64,000 bases of DNA, from contig JAQGDQ010000583.1 in assembly GCA_030141605.1 (NCBI GenBank), forward strand, positions 62,001 to 126,000. The letters are read 5' to 3'. Of the stretch, positions 29,536 through 43,400 are shown in pieces. Position 1 is the stretch's first letter. Every line of letters starts with the position of its first letter. The notes under the pieces are model-generated. The model ran no database searches and was not told where the DNA came from. It saw only the letters and a program-made list of their open reading frames with translations. The DNA is from Tubiluchus corallicola (Eukaryota; Animalia; Priapulida). A program made the translations under genes and the position numbers.

Positions 29536-31489
29536 TAACATAAGCATTAAATAATCGAAATCTTGTGTTAATGTTATAGTCGGTCTGCTTATAACATTTG
29601 AAAGAAATAAAGAAATGTTATATGTGTTATAAGCAAAACGTGCAACAAATGATATTGTAGGTATGCATATATGAATGATATGCATGAGATTGTATAATGT
29701 AATTTTTTCTCCTGTTTTCTCGATACATACGTTTCGGGAAATTTATACAAACTAAGAAAAAAATCACTGTCACAACGACTCGACTCGAACACTGATCGCG
29801 TGACTCTCTGAACTAGAGACTGTGAATGAAAAATCAACATTGTTCTAGTATATTCGTTCAGGGGTTTACGTTTAGGTTTAGGTTTTCAGTTTTTTTTGCA
29901 AATGGTGTCAATGTTTGCATCTTGACTTCAAGATGACAAATCGAAAATCCGAATAGATACAGAATTAGTTCCATTATGTTCCTATAAACGTTCGTGACAA
30001 TCCAATGCGCATTGGTGGAGCCATAAGCTTTTTCGAAAATGGTAGGTCAAAAATCAGTAGGGCTCCGCCAGTTAATGCAGAATTTACTCTTTTACGTCCC
30101 TGTCAAATTTCTCGATGATCCATCGCGAGTTAATTGAGCCGGTTTTTTTGACAGTGATGTTATTGCTGAAATCTTGAAATCAAAATTATAGATAAAAATC
30201 CCTCTCCGTCGTCGACGCGGAGTTTGTGCTAGTATATACCTTTATAAAGTTTTATGATAATCCGTTTTAGGATAATTGGTAGAGCTTTGGGCTTTTTAAT
30301 ATTAATAAATAATAAAATAATATCATCGCCGCCGCTATCTTGAATTCAAAATCAGGTTGAAAATCCAACGCCATCAGTCCATGTGGAAACCATCCTAGTA
30401 CATACTTGTAAAACATGGCGACGATCCATTGCCAACTGGCAAAACCTTCGGCCTTATGCGAAAATTATGCCATCTTTAATTTAAAAAGATATATCAAAAA
30501 TTCGACTCAGTTGGTCGATGCAGAATGCGCTCTACTATCTTCGTTTGAAGTTTCATGACGATCATTTGCAAACTGGCGGAGCCTTAGTTTTTTTTTTAAA
30601 TTTCACTCAACAGCAACAAACAGCAGCAGCTGCAACAACGACGACGACAACAACAACAACAACAAACAACAACAACGACATCCAGAAAAGTATCAAATTG
30701 CATCGAGTACCTCGACCAAGTAATCCTTGTATCCTTAAATGCGTTATAAGTCTATTAGTTGTAGAAACGTTTTTTGAAAGATTCTAAACTGTAGCCCAGA
30801 ACAATCTAATCTATAAAATACTGCAAAAGAACATATACGGCAAACCTAGTTCATTGTTACATGCATTTTGCCACTCGCTAGTTAGATGGGTACTAGCACT
30901 TGCATCTCGGAAACGCGTTGCACAAAAACAGGTGCTGTACCTCTTAGTTCAACTGTGATGTGCGCACAATTCGAGTGCTCAAGCATTTTAGAACTCAAAA
31001 CTCAACTTGAATTTTAAATTGAGTTTTGTGTGTCACACTGAAAAATATTGTAAAAAACGGACGGTACTGATACGCGTAAAACTCGGAAGTCGAAATTAAA
31101 AGAAGACTTGCCAGGAATCGATCTCGCGCTCTTCATGCTGATTGGCAAGAACGAAACAGTTATAAACAGCAGGCCCGTTCACCTGCTAAATCGACGAGGC
31201 CATTCTATAGCGAGGGTTTTATATCTGGTATTCAACTCACAATGCAGTGGCTTCGTATGGACGAGTCCATTACCAGCTACAGGGGGTAGGAAATAAATGG
31301 CATTTCACCCCCGTAACAATATGTTCAGTTGTGACGTCACCACTAGCTCGGCTCGCCTATTAATTAAATTCTTACCTATTATTTAATTATCAGAAACATT
31401 TTATATTTTTGTCGAACTTCAAAATGGGGTAGGATATGAAATTTCATCCAATTTTTCTTTAAGCGCAACATTTTTCTTTCGGTATGCAG

Positions 31490-34400
31490 GGTTGGAGCAG
31501 CAGGGCAGTACGGAGCCCCGACAACTCCCACTCATGCGGCTGTGTACGGAGACGAGACGCCTAGCTACCAGCCACATCAGCAGTCTAGCGCCCATCCACG
31601 TGCAGCGCAACATCAGCAACATGATGCGGAACCACAGTTCCAGCCTGCTTACCAATCTCCATCATACTACCAAGAGCAAAGACGTGTGAGGCAACAAGGT
31701 GGTCCGAGACCTGTTAGGCAGCTGTATGATGTCAACAGAGAAAAAGAACAAGAGAGAAACGCCATCATGGCTCAGGTAAAGATTTCCTGTATTCTAGTCA
31801 AAAAATTCCCAAAGGATTCTCCTTATCCTCCTTTTTTCTTTTTTTTCTTTTTTCTTTTTTCTTGTTTCTCCTCATCTCCTAAGTAATTGTTGCTCTTTCT
31901 CATACGTACTTTTCTCTTAAATTTTTCTATATTACACTTTTTTGATACTTATTTTATCTTTCCATAATCTCAGTTTTTTAACTTTACTCACTAACCTTGG
32001 TCAAATCCCCCTGTTAATAAGACCCCTTTTGACACTACTACATATGATAATCCTAATTACTGAATAATTGCATTGTTTTGTTTAGATTTTGGTATCCAAC
32101 TTTATTATTATTATTTTTTTGTTTTCAGTTCTTTTTGGATAATTTGTATCATTTATACTGTTTTTATTTGTATTTTTTCTTATTTGTTTTTGTTTTTGTT
32201 ATCTGCAGCATCACCGTTAATTTTTAATATGACTAATCTATTTATAAGAAAGGGCAGGAGGCTAGATGACCCTATGGTCCTTCCCTGCCCTTCTCCATGA
32301 TTATAATTATGTAATATTTAAAAAACTTTTTATGTCAAACTAATTAGAGAAAATAGATGTTGTATGTCTATGTCTATGTCTATGTCCATGTCTATGTCTG
32401 TCTATGTCTATGTCTATGTCTATGTCTATGTCTATGTCTATGTCTATGTCTATGTCTATGTCTATGTCTATGTCTATGTCTATGTCTATGTCTATGTCTA
32501 TGTCTATGTCTATGTCTATGTCTATGTCTATGTCTATGTCTATGTATATGTATATGTCTATGTATATGTCTGTGTCTATGTCTATGTCTATGTATTGCTA
32601 TGCTAGTCATTTGGAAGAAATAGTGCTGATGAGCTATACTGTTCGATGTCGATTAACCCTTTCAGTCCCAAATTATTTTTTTAATAAGAAAATTTTTTTT
32701 GGTTTGGTACTTTTGTTCAGTATGTCCATCTTGTTTACACATAATAATTATTTTTTCTACCTGTGCCCGCGTGCTAAATATAGCCTGTATCCCACGGGAT
32801 ACATTGGGATTCAATTGAAGCATAAAATGTGCTTCATTTTGTAACAGCTGATAATTTTTTAAAGTATTTAAGACATTTAGTATGCATGCTATGCTGATCT
32901 GTACAAAGTCGTCTCTAAATTACTGTACCTTGCGCAGTTTTTTTTATGCTATGTAGATTTTCTAGTTTGCCATTTTATCACCATTTTTAGTCTATTGTCA
33001 TTGGCTTAAATCGAAATAACGATTAACAGTTCAAATATCTGTCAGTTTTAAATTTTATTAATTTTAAAGGCAGAAAATATTCTCGTATCCCACGGGATAC
33101 AACGGGTATGAAACGGTTAACAGTTCCAAAATCCAGCGGTCACTGGCAAGGCCAACTTAATATGCTTTACAACATAAAGAAACCAAAAAATACGTTGAAA
33201 TAGTACATAGGATGGAACGGCTCAAACGTTGTAGGGACGATAATACAAAAAAACACCATACTAACAAAAGCACAATAATTACACATAAAAACAAAAACAG
33301 TAAGAACGCGTTTTATAGGCTGCGAGTTCGAATTAAAGTTATTTGCTATCCTGTTCCTCTTCCCTTTTCCTACTGATGTCGTACATAAAATTTATTATTA
33401 GGATTCTAATCTCTACATCATTTATGTCATTAATAAACATAAACATACAGGCATTTCTGCAAAATTTGGTTAATATAAATAGTTGTGGAGGAACGGGTAC
33501 CTACTCAGTATCAAGAGCAAGTCTCTAACAATCTTTAACAACAGACACTGAACAGGCAGATGCATCTTAGCCACCTTGAGCGTCTATACATTTTTTCTGT
33601 CCGAAATTTGTGGCTCAACTTAATATAGCAGATGAAGTCACCCAGGAGAAGATTTCCCGGAAGTCACTGACCCATTTACTGACCAGGCTCAGCATTGCTT
33701 AATTTCTGCTGCTAAGTAAGTACTTCTTCCGCGAGTCTACTTCGCTCAACTATTGCCTTACTATAATTAAACAAATAAGAATGTTAACTAGGAATCAAAG
33801 TAGACGTATAGAATGTTAATGATAGCAGGTATTATTTTCTTAAGAAACGTGTCTATTTTTGGTCAAGCATTGCACAAATTTCCGTAATCACAACCTTCTT
33901 CGCGAGTGCCCCCCCCCTTCGCTTTGCTAAGCGATTTCAGATCCGCCCGAAAAAATTCCTCTGCGCGCTCAACATGTTTAAGCTTTCGAATCTGAACGTA
34001 CGCTGATTAAGCTGTTTTTAGAGTCTCGATTTCAACCATAGCCAAATTTTCATTAATTTTAAATTTTACGTAAAGTTGATAATGATTTCCATGTGAGATA
34101 TTTTAATGTGAAACGTCGTAAAACTGTGTGAGTGAGTGAACGCTTGCGAGACAGTAATAGTAGTAGTAGTTTTTTTAAGTAATATTTACAATCTTTAGCT
34201 GGGATAGCAGAATTGAAACATTTCATAATCCAAAATATTCTACTTTTAAGAAAACAGCAACTTATACAATGTTAAAAAGTTGACAATAAGAATTTTTTAT
34301 TTACGTAGTATCAGTGAAAAAAAGATATGATAATGAGTACTAAGCTGACCTTACACAGTTTTATTATAGATTTGTAACACTTTGTTATGGTACTTGAAAG

Positions 34401-37400
34401 AAATTGCTGTGTTTTCTTATTCATAAGCTTTTACAATATGAAAACAGATCTCAAATACAAAATTGGAGTTCATAATTGACATTAAAGGTGTAAAGTCTAC
34501 ATTGCTGAATCTTCTTCTAGTTTCAGCTGTTAAATAACAGTCCATTAAAACGTGCTTTTCAGTTTGCATTTCTCCACAATTACAGAGTCTCTGCCTTCTA
34601 TCTACGCTACGCCATCTATCAGTTTCAACTTTTAAATAGTGCGCCTGGAGTCCCAAAGCTTTTGGCAATGGGGTAAATCTCAGGTGTTGAATAACTCTGG
34701 AATAAATGGTGCTATTAAGCACGAGTTGAACTCTTTATATGTCTCTTGTTTAGTTAAGTTACTGTTTCTTACAGTATCTGCCTACAGAGATTGTCGCTGG
34801 CCATATTACTCACTTACACTGATTCTAGGCAGTCCATTCAAACATTTATACAAATCACTGTTGCAAAGTCTTGCTATTTCGCATGCTTGTAACGGCTGAT
34901 GAATTTCTGGATTGGCTAGTATTTTTTAACATATTTTCATTTGTCTACATTTCACCCACGTGGTGAAAGACGGATATTCTATACAAGACCATTGCACGTT
35001 GAACGTCTAATTAACAAAAATGACTTAAGGATATCCATATGCGTTGTGCTGGACATAATACTTTGCAGATTGATGTTCCAGGTCTCTGAGCTGTAGAACT
35101 CACCAGCTATAAGAGCACTATCTAATAAATGTCACACTCATGTGAAGAGAATTCCACTGTTCAATATTTATGATCAACGGAAAGGGCATTTGATGATAGT
35201 AATAATAATAAATTCGTTTAGGACACAGTCCAAGGATAACACCTTATGTAACTCTCAATTATTATTTGCAAGGTATTATTATTATTACCTGCACGTTGCT
35301 TAGATAAACACGCGTGCTTGGTCGAAGACCAGCGTACGATTTTTCAAGTCTTTGCTATGACTCGGTAAAATGAAGAAGACACAGTGACTTCGAATAAGCA
35401 TCTTAGACTTAGTTTACATAAATGCATAGTTATAGTTACGTAAAATCATTATAAGTGACCACATGTTATAATGTGCACATGTTTTATTGTTATAGCTGGT
35501 AAGCATGACGTTGTCAATAAACTACCTTGTCTGTAGCACTGTATGCAGCCTGGCCCAGTTGCCACTTTACGGATTTTTTAACTCCAAAGTCACGCAACGA
35601 GAAATAGCTCCCATAACTGTTCTAGTGTATTTAGTTTATTCCCAGCTATGGTAAAATTTGTGTATAAGTTTACTTTTGTAGAATGTGAAGAAAGCTAAAT
35701 ACTAGCAAATGGTTACCAAGAAAAAATGAAAATTCGCACTAATTCTAGAACAGTTTTTTCAGTATCAGATTTAAGAAAAAAAGATTACGATGCAAATATT
35801 CACTATTGCGTTACTTTCATTTGTGTGGGAAAACATTTTTTGACAAAAAGTTCTAATTTGTAATAAATGGCCAAAATTAAAATTAATTCTCTTTTAATAG
35901 AAGGCTCACCTGACGTTAGTTTATTTCTTGTTTATTTTTGCAGCCTTTCAGAACACGGCAGCTTATAACGCCAACGGTAAAGACAACATGGGACTTACCC
36001 ACTGGATCATATTTAAGAAGCTGGGGACGATCAGGACACCAACCCGAAGTCGTAAATAGAGAAACTTATTATCAAGAAACCCCCCACCAGTCGGCAGCAC
36101 CGAGTAGGCATCACGGATCCCAAAATGCTTATACGTCGCATACTGGTCCACAGGTTTGTCCGTATAAAATTAATAATAACGGGCTATAAAAGATCTAGAA
36201 AAACATCACACGTTGATTCTTTTTATGTAAATAAGCTTAACATTGCCATTGTAAAATATTATGTTTATGAGATCTACGTACATCGACATGCAAACTAAAT
36301 ATCACTAATACAACAGAGCTTTTATTAAAAACTTTAATGTACAACTGTTTAAAAAACCTGTCCAAACACTTGGATAGCAATCAGCTGTCATCATCAGTGG
36401 TGCAGTATACAAGCAACAACCGTACAGGTAGATCCTACAGTATAGAAAATTATGCAATATTTATATATTTACGAAGTTTTTACAATGTCTTTACAATTTT
36501 TAAGCCAAAGTAATAAATAAACAGACGTGTAGAAAACTTTTACTATATCTAAAATTGTACTGTATCTATCTCCTTTCTACAGGGTCTGTTTATTCAATAC
36601 TTTTGCTTGTTTGTAAATGCATAATTAATGCATAATTTTCTAAACTGTAAGCACTGCCTATATAAACTGGTTTGTTGTTTGTGTAATGCACCACTGATGA
36701 TGACAGCTGATTGCTGTCGAAGTGTTTTACTTTTTAAACAGTTGTAAATTATTGTTTTTAATAAAAGTTGTGTTTTTTATGACAAATAAATGTAATTAAA
36801 TGCAAGTAAATGTAAGAATGGACAAGCATAAAATTTAATTTAATCTGACAACTGCTAGCGCTGGACGAGAATAATGTTAAAATTAAGCAAATGTATTAAT
36901 TTTAGAAACATTGCGATGTTTGCTACTGACCATTAATAACAAAAAGCTCTAATTTTAAAATGCTTCTTAAAGATTGATGCATAGATCCATAATTACAAGA
37001 TTTAAACTTACAATCACAAAGTTTGACTGAAGTCACTATAGAAATGTTAATGAACCTAAATGATGCACGAAAACTTCTAACTAATTCAAAGTTAAAAATG
37101 TTTTTCCTTGACAGTACGCAGGTGGACATGACGATGATAAGCAAATGGCGGACAGTTTAAAGAGGTCCCTGTCCACTGCTGCTAATCAGCAATCATCGTG
37201 GGCTACTAGACCCGCTTCATCGGGATATGGAGGTAGCGAAAGTTCTACTTGGTATACTAGTACGCAGCATCAACAACCTCAGGTAAACTTTCCGATAGTT
37301 GAAAATTTCTTGTAAAAGTTTTCTGGATATAGTTGAATTTGTAATCTGAGTCTCTTGAAATTTCACCATAGATTCGTAGTTCGGTCGGTATTTGAAAATT

Positions 37401-40400
37401 TTTGAAATCTCTTGTTTTCGGCCATCACGTTTTTAAGTGGAAAAAAGCACAAATACAACCTGCATGCTTTTGAAATTTTGAATAAGGTTAAGCTAAAAGC
37501 ATTTTAATATCCGTTGACTAAGATGACAGTTAACTTATCAAATTAAGTTTAATCGGTTGCATGGGTTCATCATTTCTCTCCTTCCACGTTTTCCACCAAT
37601 TTTTGCTGCAGCGGTAAGTAGTGCAAAGCATGTATTCTTCCGCGTTAGCTTTAGTTCACACAAAATAAAGTGTTTAATAATTTGATTGCTAAACTATTCC
37701 CAGAAACTTCGGAAAACGTGAGAAATGTGACTGGGAAGAAACTTGATGCACACTGCTATCAAATTTTAGACTTTGAAGGTTTTAAGAGAATAAAATCAAG
37801 AAATTTACAACTTTGCAGCTTAAATTTTTAGACTTTTCTTCCTAAAAAGGCTTCATAAAACGTCTAAAATGCATGAAATGCCTTATGCTGTTTTGTTCCC
37901 CGGGACTTCGTGACGAGGTGGCAACGCTGGTTGACGAAAGATTGTAGAAACTACGCAAGCTTTGGATTGTTACTATAATATTCTAAGATCCTAAATTCTA
38001 ATTAACTAAAATAAATGTAGCTCTAGTCAATGTTAGTAATCGAATAAGGACTTACAATTAAATAGTACAATCGAATACGATGGTTGTGAAAATAAAACAT
38101 GATGATATCGACAAATTTGATGATTATAGAGCTTGGTGGAGATAGTCGTGTTATGGTGCTAATTAATTATTTAGCTCCTGATTTAATTCGCGAGACATAG
38201 ATCACAGAGCTTGCAATTTGTAAGGTACAAACATCGGTCTTATATGAATGCCAACATTTCTAATTAGGGGATTATTAGTCTGACATAATTATCTTCCATA
38301 CATGCATGTATCACATAGAAACACCTCCATATATATATCACTGTTGCAAAGTCTTACTATATATATATATATATACGATTTAGTTTGAATGATTGTAAAT
38401 ACAATACATACATTGGGTTAGTAGTGCAAATAAATAAATAAATGTCGGCTAGTTGTTAAAAAACTCACACTTTTACAACAAATGATATCTGCCACTGACT
38501 AACATACATATGCGATATTAAGTTTGATTTTACATCACAGAATCACAACATAAACATTGTAGAATATCATTGAACTGGAGAGAAAATGGAAAAATCACTT
38601 CTGGTTAAATAATTTGAAACATCATGAAGAAATGAAACAGTGAGGCTTTGAGCACGTGTATGCTCTCTTGCTTTCTTAGATATGGATCTTTTAATTGTTA
38701 AATAATCACATTTGTCATAATTATCATTATATTTACTTTTAATGAATTGCAGATTGTAACCCAATGTTGACTGCACAGAATATTCTGCATTTCTCGCAAG
38801 AAACCATAATCGTATTCATGCTATTAATACATGACGTAAATAATTTTACAAATCAGATTTCAAAATGGGTACTCGGATGTATAATAAATATGTTTTTTCT
38901 TCAAAGAAAAGTATGCATATTGAATAATCTGCCTACAGTATAGAGAAATAACTGTGTTCTTATTCATAGGCTAGTCCTGCTGTATACCAAGATGACAGTA
39001 AGAGGATCGTACATGCGCAGTATAATTCTCCCATGAACTTGTACTCTGCTGACAACGTGGCTGAAACCATTCACAGCCAGACTGGCACGACACCTGGAGG
39101 GTAAGTCATTTCAATAAGTAGTTACCAGTAAAAAATTCATGGGGTTACTATTGGACGCATAGGCGTACTGGAGGAAGTCTTACAAGGGGGCAGAAGCGAT
39201 TTGCCCTGAAAATTTTCTAACTTACCATAACCTATATCATTTCCAAATAAGAGCAAACAGCCGGATACAAACTTATATAGGATATAGACTGGCAAAAGTG
39301 TCTAAAAATATTTATAGGCCTACTCAGGGCCAGATTTAGATGAAGAGAGGTACTAGACTAGTCAACTTGTGAGGCCCATTCGCAACCTCCAACGTGCACG
39401 GTCTAACCCTGACTCTCAAGGCAAGATAAAGATCGAAGTGTTTTTTAAATAAAATTTAATGATCGGTGTTTAATGAAGTAACGCAATTTACAATTCTTTC
39501 TAACCTGAATTGCTATTCCAAATGATGCAACATCTTTGTTTAATACTGTAATGAACGCAAGCACGTGTAAATTTGATGTTAAAATAAAGACTGTGAAAAA
39601 CTTTTTGCAAAACTGAGTTTTATGAATACTTTCATTTTATATTTTCAACTTGTAAGTTTACTTTTGCATTCTTTATATCCCATGAGCTTACAGATTTTAT
39701 TCTTCTGAACTTTAAGCATTTTTTTATTATTCATTATTACATTTGGAAATTTTACTATACAATTATTTGCCCTGAATATAAATAGTTTTTGCCCAGAAAA
39801 TGTAAAATTAATTTGCCCCGACCCCTCGCCTCGAACACATATGAGAAGGCGTGAGTTTCAGATTGGACTTATTTTCCCGGAATGGGTTTTGATGCTGGCA
39901 AAGTCCAGAAAAGATCATAAACCAACTGCGGTACCGTAAATTTCTACAAACTTTAATGTATTCTAACACTTCTAACCAACGCACATACATAACTGAACGT
40001 TTCGGTTTCAAAATGAGCGCCACAAAGGAATTGTATTCTGAATGTAAACACGCTTTATGAAAAAAATAACAGCTATTACAAAATTAAGTCTGAAATACCT
40101 AACTGTTCACATTCAGGGTTACGGCAGAGCCTCTTTTAACATGTTGGCTGGGTGCCAAATTTGGTGATGACAGTGAAGAAATCTTGGCACCCAGTAATGC
40201 ATAAATCTGACCAATGGGTACTGAGATACATTGTTTCAACGAAAAATAAGTTTTGCCCTTTCCATTGGTCTGTACAACTAGTGATCCTGGCCTGGCCCTG
40301 TAGAAAACAGAATGAGTTTACGTTAGCTCCAGTGTTGAAGAACTATAGGTTCCTAGTGATCCTGGGTCTGGTCTGGCCCTGTAGGAAACGCAATGAGTTT

Positions 40401-43400
40401 ACGTTAGCTCCAGTGTTGAAGAACTATAGGTTCCTAGTGATCCTGGGTCTGGTCTGGCCCTGTAGGAAACGCAATGAGTTTACGTTAGCTCCAGTGTTGA
40501 AGAACTATAGGTTCCTAGTGATCCTGGGTCTGGTCTGGCCCTGTAGGAAACGCAATGAGTTTACGTTAGCTCCAGTGTTGAAGAACTATAGGTTCCTAGT
40601 GATCCTGGGTCTGGTCTGGCCCTGTAGGAAACGCAATGAGTTTACGTTAGCTCCAGTGTTGAAGAACTATAGGTTCCTAGTGATCCTGGGTCTGGTCTGG
40701 CCCTGTAGGAAACGCAATGAGTTTACGTTAGCTCCAGTGTTGAAGAACTATGGGTTCCTAGTGATCCTGGGTCTGGTCTGGCCTTGTAGGAAACGCAATG
40801 AGTTTACGTTCGCTCCAGTGTTGAAGAACTATGGGTTTCTAGTGATCCTGGGCCTGGTCTGGCTCCGTAGGAAACGGAATGAGTTTACGTTCGCTCCAGT
40901 GTTGAAGAACTATAGGTTCCTAGTGATCCTGGGCCTGACCTGGCCCTGTAGGAAACGCAGAGTTTATGTTCGCTCCATTCCGGAAATGATTGCCGGAAAC
41001 ACAGTTGCAGTGGCGGCTCGTAGAAAAAATTAGTGGGGGTGCTGTAAAATTTAAAAAAAAATTAGCCATTGTTTTAATATTGTGTAAAACGAAACAAACA
41101 TTATGTAAATATAATGTTGAATTGTACTTTTAAACAAGCAAACTAATTTAAACATAGCTTTGATAAAACTCCTAAAGAAAAAAATATTGACAACACAAAT
41201 TTACGGACAACACGTACTGCAGTGAGCGACAGTACTCTTTCTACCGAAAGTACAGCGTCTTATCTCAGGCATGTGCGCCTGGCCGCATGCGCACAACAGC
41301 TAAACATTGCGTTGCTTGAGCTGTGAAGCAAATTGTACTTCCCTCACGTGCTCGTGTTCCGCACAAGTATAAAGGAAGAACTAAAGAAAAGGACATTATA
41401 TTGAATATTTTCGATAATATTGAAAATTGTTTGTATTACTTATAATTTTTCCGTGTCTTATGGTATCATATAGCAGGTTTAATGTGATTCGCTTTATTGA
41501 AACGTGGCGCTCAGAATAGGCCAGAAAATGTCGTTTATAAAGGTAAAATTGATGGGGAGAACCCCCCCCCAGGCCCAGATCCAGACTCCCTGATACCCAG
41601 TGATTGTCCCTTAAAAGAGGCTCTGGGTTACGGTTTCCATCCCTGCTTACTTTGAAACCTGGCTGGCTATCGCAGGAACGTGCTTTGCATCATGAATTAA
41701 GTCTTTAAAAATGCCTTATTAATTTTAACTTTATATTCAAAAATCCTTGTACAACAATCCACGTAGTTCGTGCAGCTTTTCTGTTAAAGAAACTGCACTA
41801 CTGCATGTTTATTCATATTTTCTTAACGTTTTCTAAAAGCACAAATATAATTTGCTTTTTTAAACATGAGACAACCATGCATTGTCGTAATTTTAGTAAA
41901 GTCAAATATTTCTTCAGTAGATTAATATTAGTGAATGAATTTCAAATACCTTTCAGTTAGACATATGCCGTTAGATAAAAAAGGAAAACAATGAAATGTT
42001 ATTGACTATTAAATACCAAATGAATATCATATGGAAGTACGTCTGTACGTAGAGACTGTTTATCTACAGTAAAGACTTAATTCATGGTAGTATTTCGCTG
42101 CGATAAGTGATATTGTGCAGTGGCGGCGGAAGTGCATGTCTGTTCAAAAAGTGGTACACATTATACAACTGCATTTCTGGAGAGAATTAGTTAAATATTT
42201 TTTTCAAAATATGCTGCGCCTAAATATCATATTATTTTCTGTCACATGATGGAAAATGATATTTTACTGGCAATGTTATTTCAATATTCTGTTGTAAGTA
42301 TGCCATTGCATGTATGTACGAAGTTCGGCTTAGTGGTAATGACGGCTAGAAAACATTGAGTGGTTTGGAATTCTTTGCTTCCATATTTGTAGTTGTATTG
42401 TGACCCATGATGAACAGAACAACTAAAACGGCGCATGATAATTGTAACTAAAATCGGCTTTTTTCATTTTCCGATGCGCATCTTCCCGTTAAGTCGTGCG
42501 CTTAATAAAATACTGCGAAGAACAGAAAAACAAACAAGCCAACATTTATTTTATAGGTACTCCAACCAGAATCAGTCTTATTCTTCATCATCTTATTCAC
42601 GATCCTACAAATCTTCAAGGTGAATTTGAGACCATTCTTGTTGTTGTTGTTGTCTGTGTGCGCATGCAGCATGAATTGAATAGCATGTGTCCGGGCGTAA
42701 TCAACGTTATTCCTGGCTAATTAGCTTACCACTATAGTAAAGCCTAACGGCAATTTGATCGCAAACATTTTGCACTGCAGCCCTGTAACCAGCACATAAC
42801 AGCAACGCCTACAACTAATGCTGGATGGTGGTGGGACTGGGACGTAGTTTGTAAACAACTTTCCTCTAAGATGAAACACTGAGCCGGTAGAGAGGTGTCC
42901 AGACGTGCATACACCCACCCTCCGGGTGGCCATAAGTTGCGAATAGAAATGCCGATTAGCTGCAGTTTCTCGTGGTCACCCATCCATTAACTAATCAGGG
43001 TAATTGCTGCTTAGCTTTTGGTAGCCAAACGCTCAACGTGGCCATCCATTCATTTTGCTAGCCTGGTTGTATTTTGTGACTAGCCCATTTATAATTACAT
43101 TGTAGCACATGTCAGCATTACATATTTTTGCAGTTTACATATTCGGCCGCTAGATGGGCGTCTCTGCCATTGTGCATGATCACGAGTGAAATGGACGTTG
43201 TTATAGATGTTTGAATTAAAAAGCTGATTACTAGGTGGTTTTGGTTGGCTTCTAAAAATTTGGTTAAAATTCTTTAGATGAACTCCTGCACGATTGACAT
43301 TTTTTATTTACAATGTATCCAAGTAGTCTGCCTATTGTAAAATACTAAAACTAATGGATTACAATATGAAACTCGGTAAACTTGATGAACATAATTCTTT

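Noticed and set aside
40152-41033. 293-aa ORF, and a possible CRISPR-like or hammerhead array
   Set aside because: It is a head-to-tail 81-bp repeat with no unique spacers and no cas genes. CTAGTGA..GAAAC resembles a hammerhead core but lacks CTGANGA and stem I.
42960-43047. Functional 5S rRNA gene
   Set aside because: Internally deleted, diverged, single copy and lacking a T-run terminator.
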